IMG/VR virus record: IMGVR_UViG_3300004241_000001
Coordinates: 51,415-115,414 of that record
Strand: one strand, 5' to 3'
DNA: 64,000 nucleotides
DNA from: a virus
Lineage: Duplodnaviria; Caudoviricetes
The notes beneath the pieces are model-generated. The model saw only the letters and a list, made by a program, of their open reading frames with translations, ran no database searches and had not been told where the DNA came from. A program made the translations under genes and the position numbers. Positions within the stretch are counted from its first letter, which is position 1. Every line of letters starts with the position of its first letter. Positions 1-8,948 of the stretch are shown here, in pieces.

Positions 1-3000
1 AAGAAAATAACTGTTACGAGAGGGCAAGGGAATTCTACCGCTGCTCCTCATTCTGCTGGCGTAGAAGTTCTTCAAGTTTATACCGCAGAGTACCATAAGA
101 AATTAGTTGAAGCAGTAATAGCAATAGAAACATATGCAAAATCTGGTGGAATTGTTATAACTAATCTAACGCAAATTACAACCAGAAAACATAATGATTT
201 GCAGGAGATAAACACTGATATAAATTATCAGCATCTTACAACTACTGAAAAATCTGATATAACTCTAAAATCAGGAAGTATAACACAGATTACAACCCGT
301 AATCACAATGACTTACAGAACTTAAATGCAACATCCGCTCATCCGTCAGCATCAATAGATAACACAGCTACATCTTACGGAAGAGGTTTAGCAACAACTG
401 ATAATACCGTTCAAAAGATAGCAGATAGAGTTAATCAGAATGGAACTCCTGCATTTAAAACTGATAAAAGCAAATGCAGTCTTATGTTGCCTTTCAAAGA
501 TGGATTAACTGATAACACTAATGCAATTACGCCTATTGGTTATAATACTGCTGTTAAAAGAGCAACTGACAATTTCATTAGTAATCCAGAGGCTTCTATT
601 TCAGCTACATTAAAGCAGTTTGAAGGTGATGAGAGTAAATTTGGTTCAGGTATTGCAGTTGAGGAAAGTCGAACTAATTTACTATTGCAGTCAGATGACT
701 TAACAAATGCGGCATGGACTAAAACTAATTGCACAGTTACGCTTGATAGAGTATTACCTGACGGCAGGAAGTTATTTAAAGTTATTTCAACAGGTGCAAA
801 TTCTTACATTAGTCAATCAATTACATTTTCAGCAACAAGTTATAATACTTCTATGTTTATTATAAATCAAAGTGGCAAAGCTATTGTCGTTGGCGAAGGT
901 GTAGCCAATTTAATAATAAACGAAAACAACATATCAAAATTAACAAAAATAGATGGAACGGCAATATTAACATCTGGTACACGAAATTTAACTATTGAAA
1001 TAGGTTCGGCAACAGCCGGCGATACCTTTTATATTACCTCCCCTCAACTCGAAGCCGGTGCATTTCCAACATCATACATCGCAACCGGTGCAACAGCAGT
1101 TACAAGACCAACTGGAAAATTAAGCTATAATTCTTCAATACTTAATGGCAAAACCGATTTTACTTTGTCATTTTTGGCAAAACCTAATTTCAATTATGAT
1201 TCGGCAACAAGCAAGACTTTTTTATATGCCGCCAATGCAGATGATTCAAAATTTTGGGATATAGAATATTATTCACCGACAGATAAATTTAATGCTTATA
1301 TGGGTTCAGTTACAAATGTAATATCGACATCAGCCTATACTAATAATACTGATTTGCAATCCTGGAAGCATTTTGTAATTAAACAGTCAGGTGTTAATTC
1401 TTATTTTTATGTAAATAACACATTAATCGGAACAAGAACAGATGCCGAAGCAGTTGATATTACAAAATTTCAGCTAGGTTATTTTGATGGCACAACGGCT
1501 AATAGTAATATTTCAAACTTCGCAATTTTTAATTATGCTTTAACCACAGATGAAATAGCTCAGATTTATAATTCAGGACTTGAAGGAAAGCCTATTGAAT
1601 TATCTAACGATAAAACAGTAGCGGAAGCAGATAGACTTTCACCTAATATAAATGCAGGTAGTAATAAAGCACAGTTTATAACAGATAAATCAAAGTGCGT
1701 TATGCTTCATGATTTCAAAGGAACTTTAACTGATAAATCAGCCGGCATTAGGGCAATAGGTTCTGAATCAGTTAATAAATGGACTGATAACTTTGTTAAT
1801 ATTGCTACTTCTAAATCGATAGCAACTAATCTGTCAGCGACATTCTGTCAGTTTGATGGTGATGAAGCTAAGTTTGGTTCAGGCGTAGCATTAGAAGAAT
1901 CAAGAACTAATCTTGCTTTGCAATCAGTTGATTTAAGCCACGCAACCTGGACAAAATCTAAATGCACAGTAACTTTGGACAAGGTATTGCCAGACGGCAG
2001 AACCTTATATAAATTAACTGCAACTGATACTGGTTATGCAGTAATAACTCAGTCGATTGCATTTTCAGCCGTAACGCATAATTGCTCATGCTTCATTCTA
2101 AATACAAGCGGAAAGAAGTTTTACTTTGATGATACATCAATAGTTGTTATTGGCGATATGACAGCATACCCAAAATTAACAAGAGTTAACGGCCAAAGTT
2201 CGGTGGCGGCATCAACTCGCAATATAACAATAGGACTTGAAAATGCGGCAATAGGTGATGTCCTTTATTTCACATCCCCTCAAGTTGAAGCAGGAACTTT
2301 TATGACATCTTGGATTGCTACTGGCGCTACAACTGTAACTCGTCCAGTTGGAATGCTCAATTATGCTCCAAGAATAAATAAAGTTGGCAGTTTTTCAGCA
2401 TGGATGAAACATTCAGTATTACCGGATAACTCACAAATGATGCCAGCAGGATTTTATACAGCTTCCGATACTCTTGCTGATTCATTTTTAATATTTGGGA
2501 GCAATGGTGCAGGATGGGGGTTCTATAATGGTGGAGGAACCGGAACTACATTTTCATACATATTGCCAGTAAATGAATGGTATAATATCATTATGACGTG
2601 GGATGGTTCAACAATAAGCCTTTATATCAATAAAGAATTAGTTGCGACTGCTGCTCAAGGACCAAATTTTGACAAATTAGTTAAACAGAACTTTAGACCT
2701 ACTGGAGTTTCATTTAAACTTTCAAATTACGTTGATTTCAATTATGTTCTTTCGACTGATGAAATAGCTCAGATATATAACTCAGGACTTGAAGGGAAGC
2801 CAATTGCAATATCAGGTGCTGAAACCATAATACCAGTAGGTCAGTCATTACACGATACAAATTTCATTACATTCGCATCTGGTTGGGGTATTTCAACTAC
2901 ATATCCGAATAAGCCTACAATATCAAAAACAGCTAATGTAGCTTTAATGAGAGGTATTCTTGAATATACAGGAGCAGTCAATACTGACGTAACTATATTT

Positions 3001-3201
3001 ACATTACCTGCCGGAAGTAGACCATCTTTACCAGATACTTATTATCATTCGTTTGTTGGCACAGCAAGAGACTCAGGTGCGCCGGCAATGAGAATATTAC
3101 GAGTTTACGGTAATGGAGATGTTGTACTAATGGCACAGGGCGCTACGATAGTTAATCCGGCGTTATCACTTGACAATATCAATTTCGTTAATGGAAAATA
3201 A
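1..3201 (+). CDS. Tail fibre / receptor-binding protein with two tandem CBM-like plus LamG (concanavalin-like) modules; 5' end lies outside the window
   Basis: Frame 1 is open from base 1, so the ORF is longer than the track's 199 start. Motifs EESRTNL, SPQ(L/V)EAG.F.TS.IATGAT.VTRP and F.Y.L.TDEIAQIYNSG each occur twice; C-terminal FTLPAGSRP fibre-tip-like domain. Confidence 0.8.
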   Translation, partial: KKITVTRGQGNSTAAPHSAGVEVLQVYTAEYHKKLVEAVIAIETYAKSGGIVITNLTQITTRKHNDLQEINTDINYQHLTTTEKSDITLKSGSITQITTRNHNDLQNLNATSAHPSASIDNTATSYGRGLATTDNTVQKIADRVNQNGTPAFKTDKSKCSLMLPFKDGLTDNTNAITPIGYNTAVKRATDNFISNPEASISATLKQFEGDESKFGSGIAVEESRTNLLLQSDDLTNAAWTKTNCTVTLDRVLPDGRKLFKVISTGANSYISQSITFSATSYNTSMFIINQSGKAIVVGEGVANLIINENNISKLTKIDGTAILTSGTRNLTIEIGSATAGDTFYITSPQLEAGAFPTSYIATGATAVTRPTGKLSYNSSILNGKTDFTLSFLAKPNFNYDSATSKTFLYAANADDSKFWDIEYYSPTDKFNAYMGSVTNVISTSAYTNNTDLQSWKHFVIKQSGVNSYFYVNNTLIGTRTDAEAVDITKFQLGYFDGTTANSNISNFAIFNYALTTDEIAQIYNSGLEGKPIELSNDKTVAEADRLSPNINAGSNKAQFITDKSKCVMLHDFKGTLTDKSAGIRAIGSESVNKWTDNFVNIATSKSIATNLSATFCQFDGDEAKFGSGVALEESRTNLALQSVDLSHATWTKSKCTVTLDKVLPDGRTLYKLTATDTGYAVITQSIAFSAVTHNCSCFILNTSGKKFYFDDTSIVVIGDMTAYPKLTRVNGQSSVAASTRNITIGLENAAIGDVLYFTSPQVEAGTFMTSWIATGATTVTRPVGMLNYAPRINKVGSFSAWMKHSVLPDNSQMMPAGFYTASDTLADSFLIFGSNGAGWGFYNGGGTGTTFSYILPVNEWYNIIMTWDGSTISLYINKELVATAAQGPNFDKLVKQNFRPTGVSFKLSNYVDFNYVLSTDEIAQIYNSGLEGKPIAISGAETIIPVGQSLHDTNFITFASGWGISTTYPNKPTISKTANVALMRGILEYTGAVNTDVTIFTLPAGSRPSLPDTYYHSFVGTARDSGAPAMRILRVYGNGDVVLMAQGATIVNPALSLDNINFVNGK
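1549..2801 (+). repeat. Internal duplication in the tail fibre; module ends 1549-1592 and 2758-2801 are 41/44 identical
   Basis: gatgaaatagctcagat(t/a)tataa(t/c)tcaggacttgaagg(a/g)aagcc at both sites. Confidence 0.9.
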
Positions 3202-3242
3202 TAATAAAAGGCGGTTAATATCCGCCCGAACGGGCTTTTATA

Positions 3243-3707
3243 ATGATTAACAAAATTTTAAGACTTATTATAAATTCATTCTGGAATTTAATATATCCAG
3301 AATTATCAAATAAAGAAGTAGAAGAAATATATTCTCTTTGTAAAAATCCATTTCAATTTGAAGTTTATTTATGTTCGTATGGATTTAAATGGGCCTCTGA
3401 TGGACTTAACTTTAGCGTTTTGACTGACTCATTTGAAAGACCATCTCAAACTCTATCAAGAAAATGGGCAAATTGCTCTGGATTTTTAAGTCTATATTCA
3501 GTTTTATTTGATAGACTTGGAATAAAACACAAAGAAGTTTTATTATTGCACTCGGATGACAACCAATGGCATTATATTAATATATTTCAATATGAAGGTA
3601 AGTTTTATCAGCAATCTAACATCACCTTGACAGAAGTGACAAATTTTGGTAAACTGTGGCAAGAATGGAAAGATAAAGGATATTCAAAACGGATGGTGGA
3701 TCTTTAA
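3243..3707 (+). CDS. Transglutaminase-like cysteine-protease-fold protein
   Basis: ANCSGF...LGI...WHYINIF...GKFY resembles the Cys/His pattern of transglutaminase-like domains. Confidence 0.45.
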   Translation: MINKILRLIINSFWNLIYPELSNKEVEEIYSLCKNPFQFEVYLCSYGFKWASDGLNFSVLTDSFERPSQTLSRKWANCSGFLSLYSVLFDRLGIKHKEVLLLHSDDNQWHYINIFQYEGKFYQQSNITLTEVTNFGKLWQEWKDKGYSKRMVDL

Positions 3708-4078
3708 TGTTTAAAAAAATAATTACAATCTATAATTTTATATCAAAATATTTTATGTGGATCTTTGCATTAATATTTGGAATTCTAAAAGTTGCAAAGC
3801 CATTTATAACTCAAAAGAAAACAGTAGATTTAATGAATTCAAAGCCAGAAAGTAGAAAGGGAGATATTGGTGTCGCAGACAATAACGGACTTAAACAAGT
3901 TGAAGCAATTCCTTCAAACGCACCCAAGTCCAATGAAATTCCTGTGGGAACTATTCCAGAATCAAAAACAACCATATCTGGAGAAGGAACGCTTAAGCCG
4001 ATCAATAATGGAAATCAACCAGGAGAAAGATCAACTGAAGACGTATTAAAAGATTTATCAGAAATCTTAAATAAATAA
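3707..4078 (+). CDS. Membrane-anchored protein, possible inner spanin
   Basis: N-terminal hydrophobic helix and hydrophilic tail; located in the lysis region. Confidence 0.35.
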   Translation: MFKKIITIYNFISKYFMWIFALIFGILKVAKPFITQKKTVDLMNSKPESRKGDIGVADNNGLKQVEAIPSNAPKSNEIPVGTIPESKTTISGEGTLKPINNGNQPGERSTEDVLKDLSEILNK

Positions 4079-4093
4079 TTAAAGGATGGTTAT

Positions 4094-4759
4094 TTGAAAA
4101 TGAAACTAAGACTTAAAACAAAAGAAATTATCTTCGCTATTTTATTTGTAGTAATTTTAACAGGATGTATGTTCCTGTATAAAAATTATGCAAAAGCATC
4201 AGAACTTGGTCATGTCGATTCAGTTGTAATTAAATCAAATGATGTGAAAGTTCCAAAAACTCTTATGTCAGAAATCAAACAAAAACTTAAAAAACTTAAT
4301 CGTATTGAAAAATCCGAACCAAATATCAAACTTGGTGAAATTAAAGTATTTACTGATAAAGATGGTAGAATATTTATTAATGATACAACTTCTATATCTT
4401 TAAAACTTGCAGATATTGAATACGCCGGTGAACTTAAATTAAATGCAAAAACAGAAGTTTATCGCGTTCCAGAAAAAGAATTGCAATGGTATAATAATTT
4501 TGGTTGGGAATATGGTATGATCCAAAAAGATAAAGATTCTTCAAAATTTGAAAAAGGCCAGTTTTATTTAACTTATGATACTCCTCTTGCATACAAAAGA
4601 GTTGGAACTTTACTTGAATTAAATAGATTTAATTATGGTGCTGGTATATTTTATAAAATTGGAAATACAAAATTAATTGGATCAGCTATTTTTAAATATG
4701 GCGATAGAATAAATAAAGAAAATGCAATGTATATGCTTGGCATTGGATATAATTTCTAA
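4094..4759 (+). CDS. Lipoprotein with C-terminal outer-membrane beta-signal, spanin-like
   Basis: Signal peptide with lipobox LTGC; amphipathic beta strands ending YMLGIGYNF. Confidence 0.5.
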   Translation: MKMKLRLKTKEIIFAILFVVILTGCMFLYKNYAKASELGHVDSVVIKSNDVKVPKTLMSEIKQKLKKLNRIEKSEPNIKLGEIKVFTDKDGRIFINDTTSISLKLADIEYAGELKLNAKTEVYRVPEKELQWYNNFGWEYGMIQKDKDSSKFEKGQFYLTYDTPLAYKRVGTLLELNRFNYGAGIFYKIGNTKLIGSAIFKYGDRINKENAMYMLGIGYNF

Positions 4760-4785
4760 AAGTATCTACTAAATGTAGATATAAT

Positions 4786-4842
4786 CGAATCCCGGACTTA
4801 CTTTATAGTTTGTTCGGGATTCGCCTTTGAAAGGCGGTTTTA
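4786..4842 (+). terminator. Overlapping hairpins / intrinsic terminator
   Basis: cgaatcccggac..gttcgggattcg, then cgcctttgaaaggcg followed by a T tract. Confidence 0.6.
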
Positions 4843-4847
4843 TGTTG

Positions 4848-4876
4848 TTGACAGAATGGTTAATTTCTGATATTAT
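4848..4876 (+). promoter_or_regulatory. sigma70-type promoter for holin-endolysin
   Basis: TTGACA-17-TATTAT with extended TG. Confidence 0.7.
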
Positions 4877-4957
4877 TCTTTACGAAAACAATTCTATTCC
4901 TGACACATTAGAAATATTAGATAGAGAAATTCAATCCTTACTGAAGGAGGAAGCAAA

Positions 4958-5278
4958 ATGAAAAATTTTTTAATCAACTTTATTTATAATAGAGAAGAAA
5001 ATCGTGTTCGTGGAACGTTTATCCAGTTAGCGAAACTGCTATTTTTATATGCAACATTTATTTATATCCTATTAATGATATTCTTTGAAATAAAAACTGG
5101 AAAAGAAACATTATCAAGTCTTGCCACATTCATACTTGGATTGATAGGAGTTATATCAGCAGAACAAGCGTATGGGTATAAACTATATTCTGACCAAAAG
5201 AAATCAGAGAATGAAGTATCTCAATTAATTGATAAAGCAATGGAAATCAAAAAAGTTGGTGAAGAAAAAAATGCGTAG
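4958..5278 (+). CDS. Holin (2 TM)
   Basis: Two hydrophobic helices, charged C-terminal tail, directly upstream of the endolysin. Confidence 0.6.
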   Translation: MKNFLINFIYNREENRVRGTFIQLAKLLFLYATFIYILLMIFFEIKTGKETLSSLATFILGLIGVISAEQAYGYKLYSDQKKSENEVSQLIDKAMEIKKVGEEKNA

Positions 5279-6026
5279 TTCGACATTTAATAAAATCATA
5301 GATTATACTCTCGAAAAAGAAGATTTTAATTTTAGAAAAAGAATACAGATAGAAAGAGATCCTGATGATGCTGGTGGCACTACAGTTCTTGGACTTGATA
5401 AAGCATCACATGGCAAAACGGTCGATAGGTTAATCGAACTTGTTGAATCTGGTCGTAATAATGAAGCAATAGAAATAGCTAAAGATGTTTATGATTTATT
5501 TTATTACTCAAAGCATAAAGACAAAAACAATCTTGCTTTATTTGACAAGATACTTGATATAAAGACTGTTTCAAAGACCTTTGATTTGTGTGTTAATACA
5601 GGCAATGGACAGGCCGCTAAATTCGTTCGCCGTGGATTAAATCATCTTGGGGCAAAACTTCCAGTTAATTCATCGTTTGATGATGACGTTATATCAAACA
5701 TAAATAAATATTCAACCGATGATTTTTGTAAATCTATTTTTTCTCAAACTAAATTGTTTGCTAAAATTATCGAAAAATTTCTTGAAATGGCAATGGATAT
5801 ATCTTCATTTAATGTTATGGAGCTTCTTAGAGATGGATCCGACTTACTTAAGATATTTGAAGAGTTTAAACCGATCGCAATGATTGATGATGATGTTCTT
5901 ATGTCAACAATTCAGGAAGCAAAAGAATTCTACATTGAGATATCCAAAAAAAGGAATAACAAAAAATATCTCAAAGGTTGGCTTAATAGAGTTTATGATA
6001 TAATTGAATACAAGGAAATGAAGTAG
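5271..6026 (+). CDS. Endolysin, glycoside hydrolase family 108 with peptidoglycan-binding C-terminus
   Basis: DPDDAGGTT.LG, FDLCVNTG, KYLKGWLNRV; likely start is the ATG at 5271 overlapping the holin stop. Confidence 0.85.
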   Translation: MRSSTFNKIIDYTLEKEDFNFRKRIQIERDPDDAGGTTVLGLDKASHGKTVDRLIELVESGRNNEAIEIAKDVYDLFYYSKHKDKNNLALFDKILDIKTVSKTFDLCVNTGNGQAAKFVRRGLNHLGAKLPVNSSFDDDVISNINKYSTDDFCKSIFSQTKLFAKIIEKFLEMAMDISSFNVMELLRDGSDLLKIFEEFKPIAMIDDDVLMSTIQEAKEFYIEISKKRNNKKYLKGWLNRVYDIIEYKEMK

Positions 6027-6027
6027 C

Positions 6028-6234
6028 ATGGCAACTTTTGATTTTGTAAAATTGCATAACCAATGGAAAATTCATTTAATGCAGAAAAATCTTTCCGAAT
6101 GGAATGAAAACGATAAGCAAATTGCACAAATAATTGGTTTTGTTAAAAAAGATCCAGAGGAAATAATAAAATCTGCAAAAAAAGAAAATAGGTATGAAAT
6201 AGAGCAACGCCTTGACAAAAATAAATGGCGGTGA
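6028..6234 (+). CDS. Hypothetical protein
   Basis: ORF coupled to the endolysin. Confidence 0.5.
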   Translation: MATFDFVKLHNQWKIHLMQKNLSEWNENDKQIAQIIGFVKKDPEEIIKSAKKENRYEIEQRLDKNKWR

Positions 6235-6240
6235 TAAAAT
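6212..6240 (+). promoter_or_regulatory. sigma70 promoter upstream of the tRNA
   Basis: TTGACA-17-TAAAAT with TG extension. Confidence 0.7.
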
Positions 6241-6310
6241 ATGGAAAGTCTTTTCAAAATAATATATAATTTATTATTTGTAGATTACAACAACTATTAT
6301 AATCTCTAAT

Positions 6311-6381
6311 TGACTGGTAGTTCAACGGTAGAACATCGGACTTTGAATCCGGTAGTAATGGTTCGAGTCCATTCCGGTCAG
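6311..6381 (+). tRNA. tRNA-Gln(TTG), CCA not encoded
   Basis: Acceptor TGACTGG/CCGGTCA, D arm, anticodon arm TCGGA-CTTTGAA-TCCGG, T loop GGTTCGAGTCC. Confidence 0.95.
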
Positions 6382-6408
6382 TAAAATAAAAATAAGGATG
6401 GTTTAAAA

Positions 6409-6654
6409 ATGGATAAAGTATTTTCAAAATGTCCTATATGTAAAAAAGAAAGCACCCCTGAGTATCATACGAATCAAAGTAATTTTTGCCAGGTTAATTT
6501 CTCATTTGGCGGCAATATAAATATTCCTTATTATGGCGCTAACTTTAAAATATGCACTGACTGTGCTACCTTAGCGTCAACCGAGGACAATGGCGTTATT
6601 GCTAAAGTAAAAGAAATGCTTGACCCAATAGTGGTCGCAGATAAGGCAATGTAG
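6409..6654 (+). CDS. Small zinc-binding protein
   Basis: CPIC and CTDC motifs; RBS. Confidence 0.55.
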   Translation: MDKVFSKCPICKKESTPEYHTNQSNFCQVNFSFGGNINIPYYGANFKICTDCATLASTEDNGVIAKVKEMLDPIVVADKAM

Positions 6655-6661
6655 GTGAAGT

Positions 6662-6955
6662 ATGGAAGAAAAAAAAGATGTTAAAGTTATCGATACTTTT
6701 ATTGAAAAAGTAAAAGAATCATGTCAAGATGCGTCAGGGTTTATTTGTATTGCCTTTAAGGATGTTACGCTTCAAGACGGGAAAAAAGGAATTGTATCAA
6801 TAAACTCAGAACCTATTGCTGTTGGTGCAGTAAACATCTATTACGCATCTCAAAAATTAATGAATATCAGAAAACGCGCAGACGAAATAAAAGCAAGACA
6901 AAATATTCTCTCGTCCTGTGCTTCTGAAAAAGAAGCAGAGGAATTATTGGCATAA
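6662..6955 (+). CDS. Hypothetical protein
   Basis: ORF in operon with RBS. Confidence 0.55.
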   Translation: MEEKKDVKVIDTFIEKVKESCQDASGFICIAFKDVTLQDGKKGIVSINSEPIAVGAVNIYYASQKLMNIRKRADEIKARQNILSSCASEKEAEELLA

Positions 6956-6992
6956 CTCACAGTTACTCATTCATTGACTTACTCCTTAATTT

Positions 6993-7022
6993 ACCGCAGT
7001 GCTAAAAGCATTGCGGTTTTTT
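6993..7022 (+). terminator. Intrinsic terminator
   Basis: accgcagtgct-aaa-agcattgcggt followed by a T tract. Confidence 0.85.
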
Positions 7023-7024
7023 AT

Positions 7025-7053
7025 TTGACAAATATTAAATATTGAATTAAAAT
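7025..7053 (+). promoter_or_regulatory. sigma70 promoter of the 7.1-8.8 kb operon
   Basis: TTGACA-17-TAAAAT. Confidence 0.75.
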
Positions 7054-7080
7054 TTATATTAAGAAAGGGAAGGATAGGAT

Positions 7081-7473
7081 GTGGAAACCTTGGAAACAAC
7101 AGTAGCAACTGGCTTGCTGAATAAAGCAGCAGAGACTAATGGTTTTGGCTATGGACTTGTTGGAATAATTCTTATCGTTCTCTTAGGCTTTGGATGTGTA
7201 ATTGCTATTAAATTTGTTAATGCTCACTTTGAACATATAAAAGAACTAAGAGAGAATAATGCCCAACAATCAGAGGTTACTCAAGAATTTTCAAAACAAA
7301 TTAGTAATCTTGCAGCGACGATTCAGGTTGTAACGCAAGCATTAAATGAAAATAAATCTTCTACCTCACAATCTTTGGCAGAGGTTAAAAACCAACTTAC
7401 TTCTATATCAAATGTAACAATAGAGGTAAAATCTGCTATTGGCTTTTGCGTAGGAAGAAGAGATAGTAAATAA
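7081..7473 (+). CDS. Single-TM coiled-coil protein (BhlA/holin-like architecture)
   Basis: One TM helix followed by a heptad-rich region. Confidence 0.5.
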   Translation: METLETTVATGLLNKAAETNGFGYGLVGIILIVLLGFGCVIAIKFVNAHFEHIKELRENNAQQSEVTQEFSKQISNLAATIQVVTQALNENKSSTSQSLAEVKNQLTSISNVTIEVKSAIGFCVGRRDSK

Positions 7474-7486
7474 AAGAGGCGTAAAA

Positions 7487-8161
7487 ATGTTAGAGTTTTC
7501 AAATGAAATATTTTCTAAAAATACTTTATATTTATCCATAGCATCCCTATCCGCTATATGCTTTTTTATAATATGTGTTGTAATATTTTATTTAATTAAA
7601 GATAGATTTAGTAGAGGATATAATAAATCCATAGATACAATTGAGAACATAAAAAAGATCAAAAGGCATATCGAGCAAATGTCTAATATTACAGATATGA
7701 TTCTTCATCATGCAATGGATTTTATCGAAGATGGAGATAGTGTTGTTTTATCTGTTGAGGACGTTAAAGAAAATTTCGACCATATGAAAACAATAATCGA
7801 AATTCAATTTAAACAAAGATTTGGTCATGATCGTCTTCCATTTAAATTCTTATGGTGCAGTAGTTCAGCTCAAGCAAATAAACTTATTCCAGAGATAACA
7901 AAAAGAGGAGCATTTTTGAAAGCTGCAATATGTGATATGGATTTAGGAAGCACAGGTGGCGATATAAATGACGTTATAAAAGAACTTGCCTCTCGTAGCG
8001 TTCCAACAATAATCTACACCGGATATGAAAAGAATGAATTTGAAAAGAAGATATTGCCAGAACTTAAAGCAAAAGTAATTTATCAATACAAAGGATATAA
8101 CAAAGAGATGGCAGAAATTCTTGAGCATCTTGTTGAGGGCAAGCTAGAAATAGTAAAATAA
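7487..8161 (+). CDS. Membrane-anchored response-regulator receiver-like protein
   Basis: TM, coiled coil, then AAICDMDL (phospho-Asp position), PTIIYTG, YQYKG. Confidence 0.6.
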   Translation: MLEFSNEIFSKNTLYLSIASLSAICFFIICVVIFYLIKDRFSRGYNKSIDTIENIKKIKRHIEQMSNITDMILHHAMDFIEDGDSVVLSVEDVKENFDHMKTIIEIQFKQRFGHDRLPFKFLWCSSSAQANKLIPEITKRGAFLKAAICDMDLGSTGGDINDVIKELASRSVPTIIYTGYEKNEFEKKILPELKAKVIYQYKGYNKEMAEILEHLVEGKLEIVK

Positions 8162-8167
8162 AAAGTA

Positions 8168-8674
8168 ATGGAGATGGTTCTTTTGGAGACAAAAACTTAT
8201 ATACCAGAATTCGTAGAATGTTTAGAATGCAATCGTAGTTTTGACTTGAAAAATTCATCATTATGGGGAAATGAAGATAGAGTTTGCAGATGTTGTCAGT
8301 GTAAGGTCGATAATAAAATACAAACTTGTAAAAGAGTATCTTGCAACTTTCATAGCAAGCTACAGGATGATTTTATTATTGACATTGATGAAAATGACGT
8401 TCGTGACATTAAACCTATCTCAAACCGTCAGGAAATGATTTTTAATCCAGAAATTTGTTGTTCTATATGCAGACAAGAAATACCAAAAGATTATCTTTAT
8501 AACTTTTTAAATATCAAACATTCCTTTAATGGAATTACAAAAAGAATAAAAGTAAAAGTTTGCCAGGAATGCTTCGAAGAATTTGAAGAAATGCTAAACT
8601 TAAATAAGGTGGAAATCTATGATAGTTCAGAAGAAATGCTCGCATTGCCAGAGGAGGGAGAAAGAGCCGCTTGA
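8168..8674 (+). CDS. Cys-rich zinc-binding protein
   Basis: Multiple CxxC motifs. Confidence 0.55.
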   Translation: MEMVLLETKTYIPEFVECLECNRSFDLKNSSLWGNEDRVCRCCQCKVDNKIQTCKRVSCNFHSKLQDDFIIDIDENDVRDIKPISNRQEMIFNPEICCSICRQEIPKDYLYNFLNIKHSFNGITKRIKVKVCQECFEEFEEMLNLNKVEIYDSSEEMLALPEEGERAA

Positions 8675-8834
8675 GGATTCTTCATATCACATGATAAATC
8701 TTGTCGCAATGAATGAAAAAGACGAGAGTTATACATGTAGATTTGAGCTGTGCAATCATTGTATGAGCAATTTTGTATTAATTTTTTCTGACTTTTCAAA
8801 CGATGAATCGATATTTGACCTAATGAAATAAAAG

Positions 8835-8866
8835 AAAGACGGGTTTATAGCCCGTCTTTTTATTTT
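8835..8866. terminator. Bidirectional terminator between convergent transcription units
   Basis: aaagacggg-loop-cccgtcttt with flanking A and T tracts at the strand switch. Confidence 0.85.
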
Positions 8867-8870
8867 GCAA

Positions 8871-8942
8871 TTATTTTTTCTTTGCAACTTTCTTTACCGC
8901 TTTTTTGGCTTCTGCGGCCTTTACTGCTGGTTTTTTGCCCAC
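8871..8942 (-). CDS. 23-aa Lys/Ala-rich histone-H1-like micropeptide
   Basis: GGAGGTG SD, GTG start; MGKKPAVKAAEAKKAVKKVAKKK. Confidence 0.55.
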   Translation of the reverse strand: MGKKPAVKAAEAKKAVKKVAKKK

Positions 8943-8948
8943 TTAGAA

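Noticed and set aside
1-3201. Diversity-generating retroelement targeting the tail fibre
   Set aside because: No reverse transcriptase in the window; the repeats are in-frame duplications with synonymous changes, not a TR/VR pair.
4761-4842. CRISPR array
   Set aside because: Only one repeat-like unit; no repeat-spacer periodicity or cas operon. The Cas4-like nuclease sits in a recombination context.
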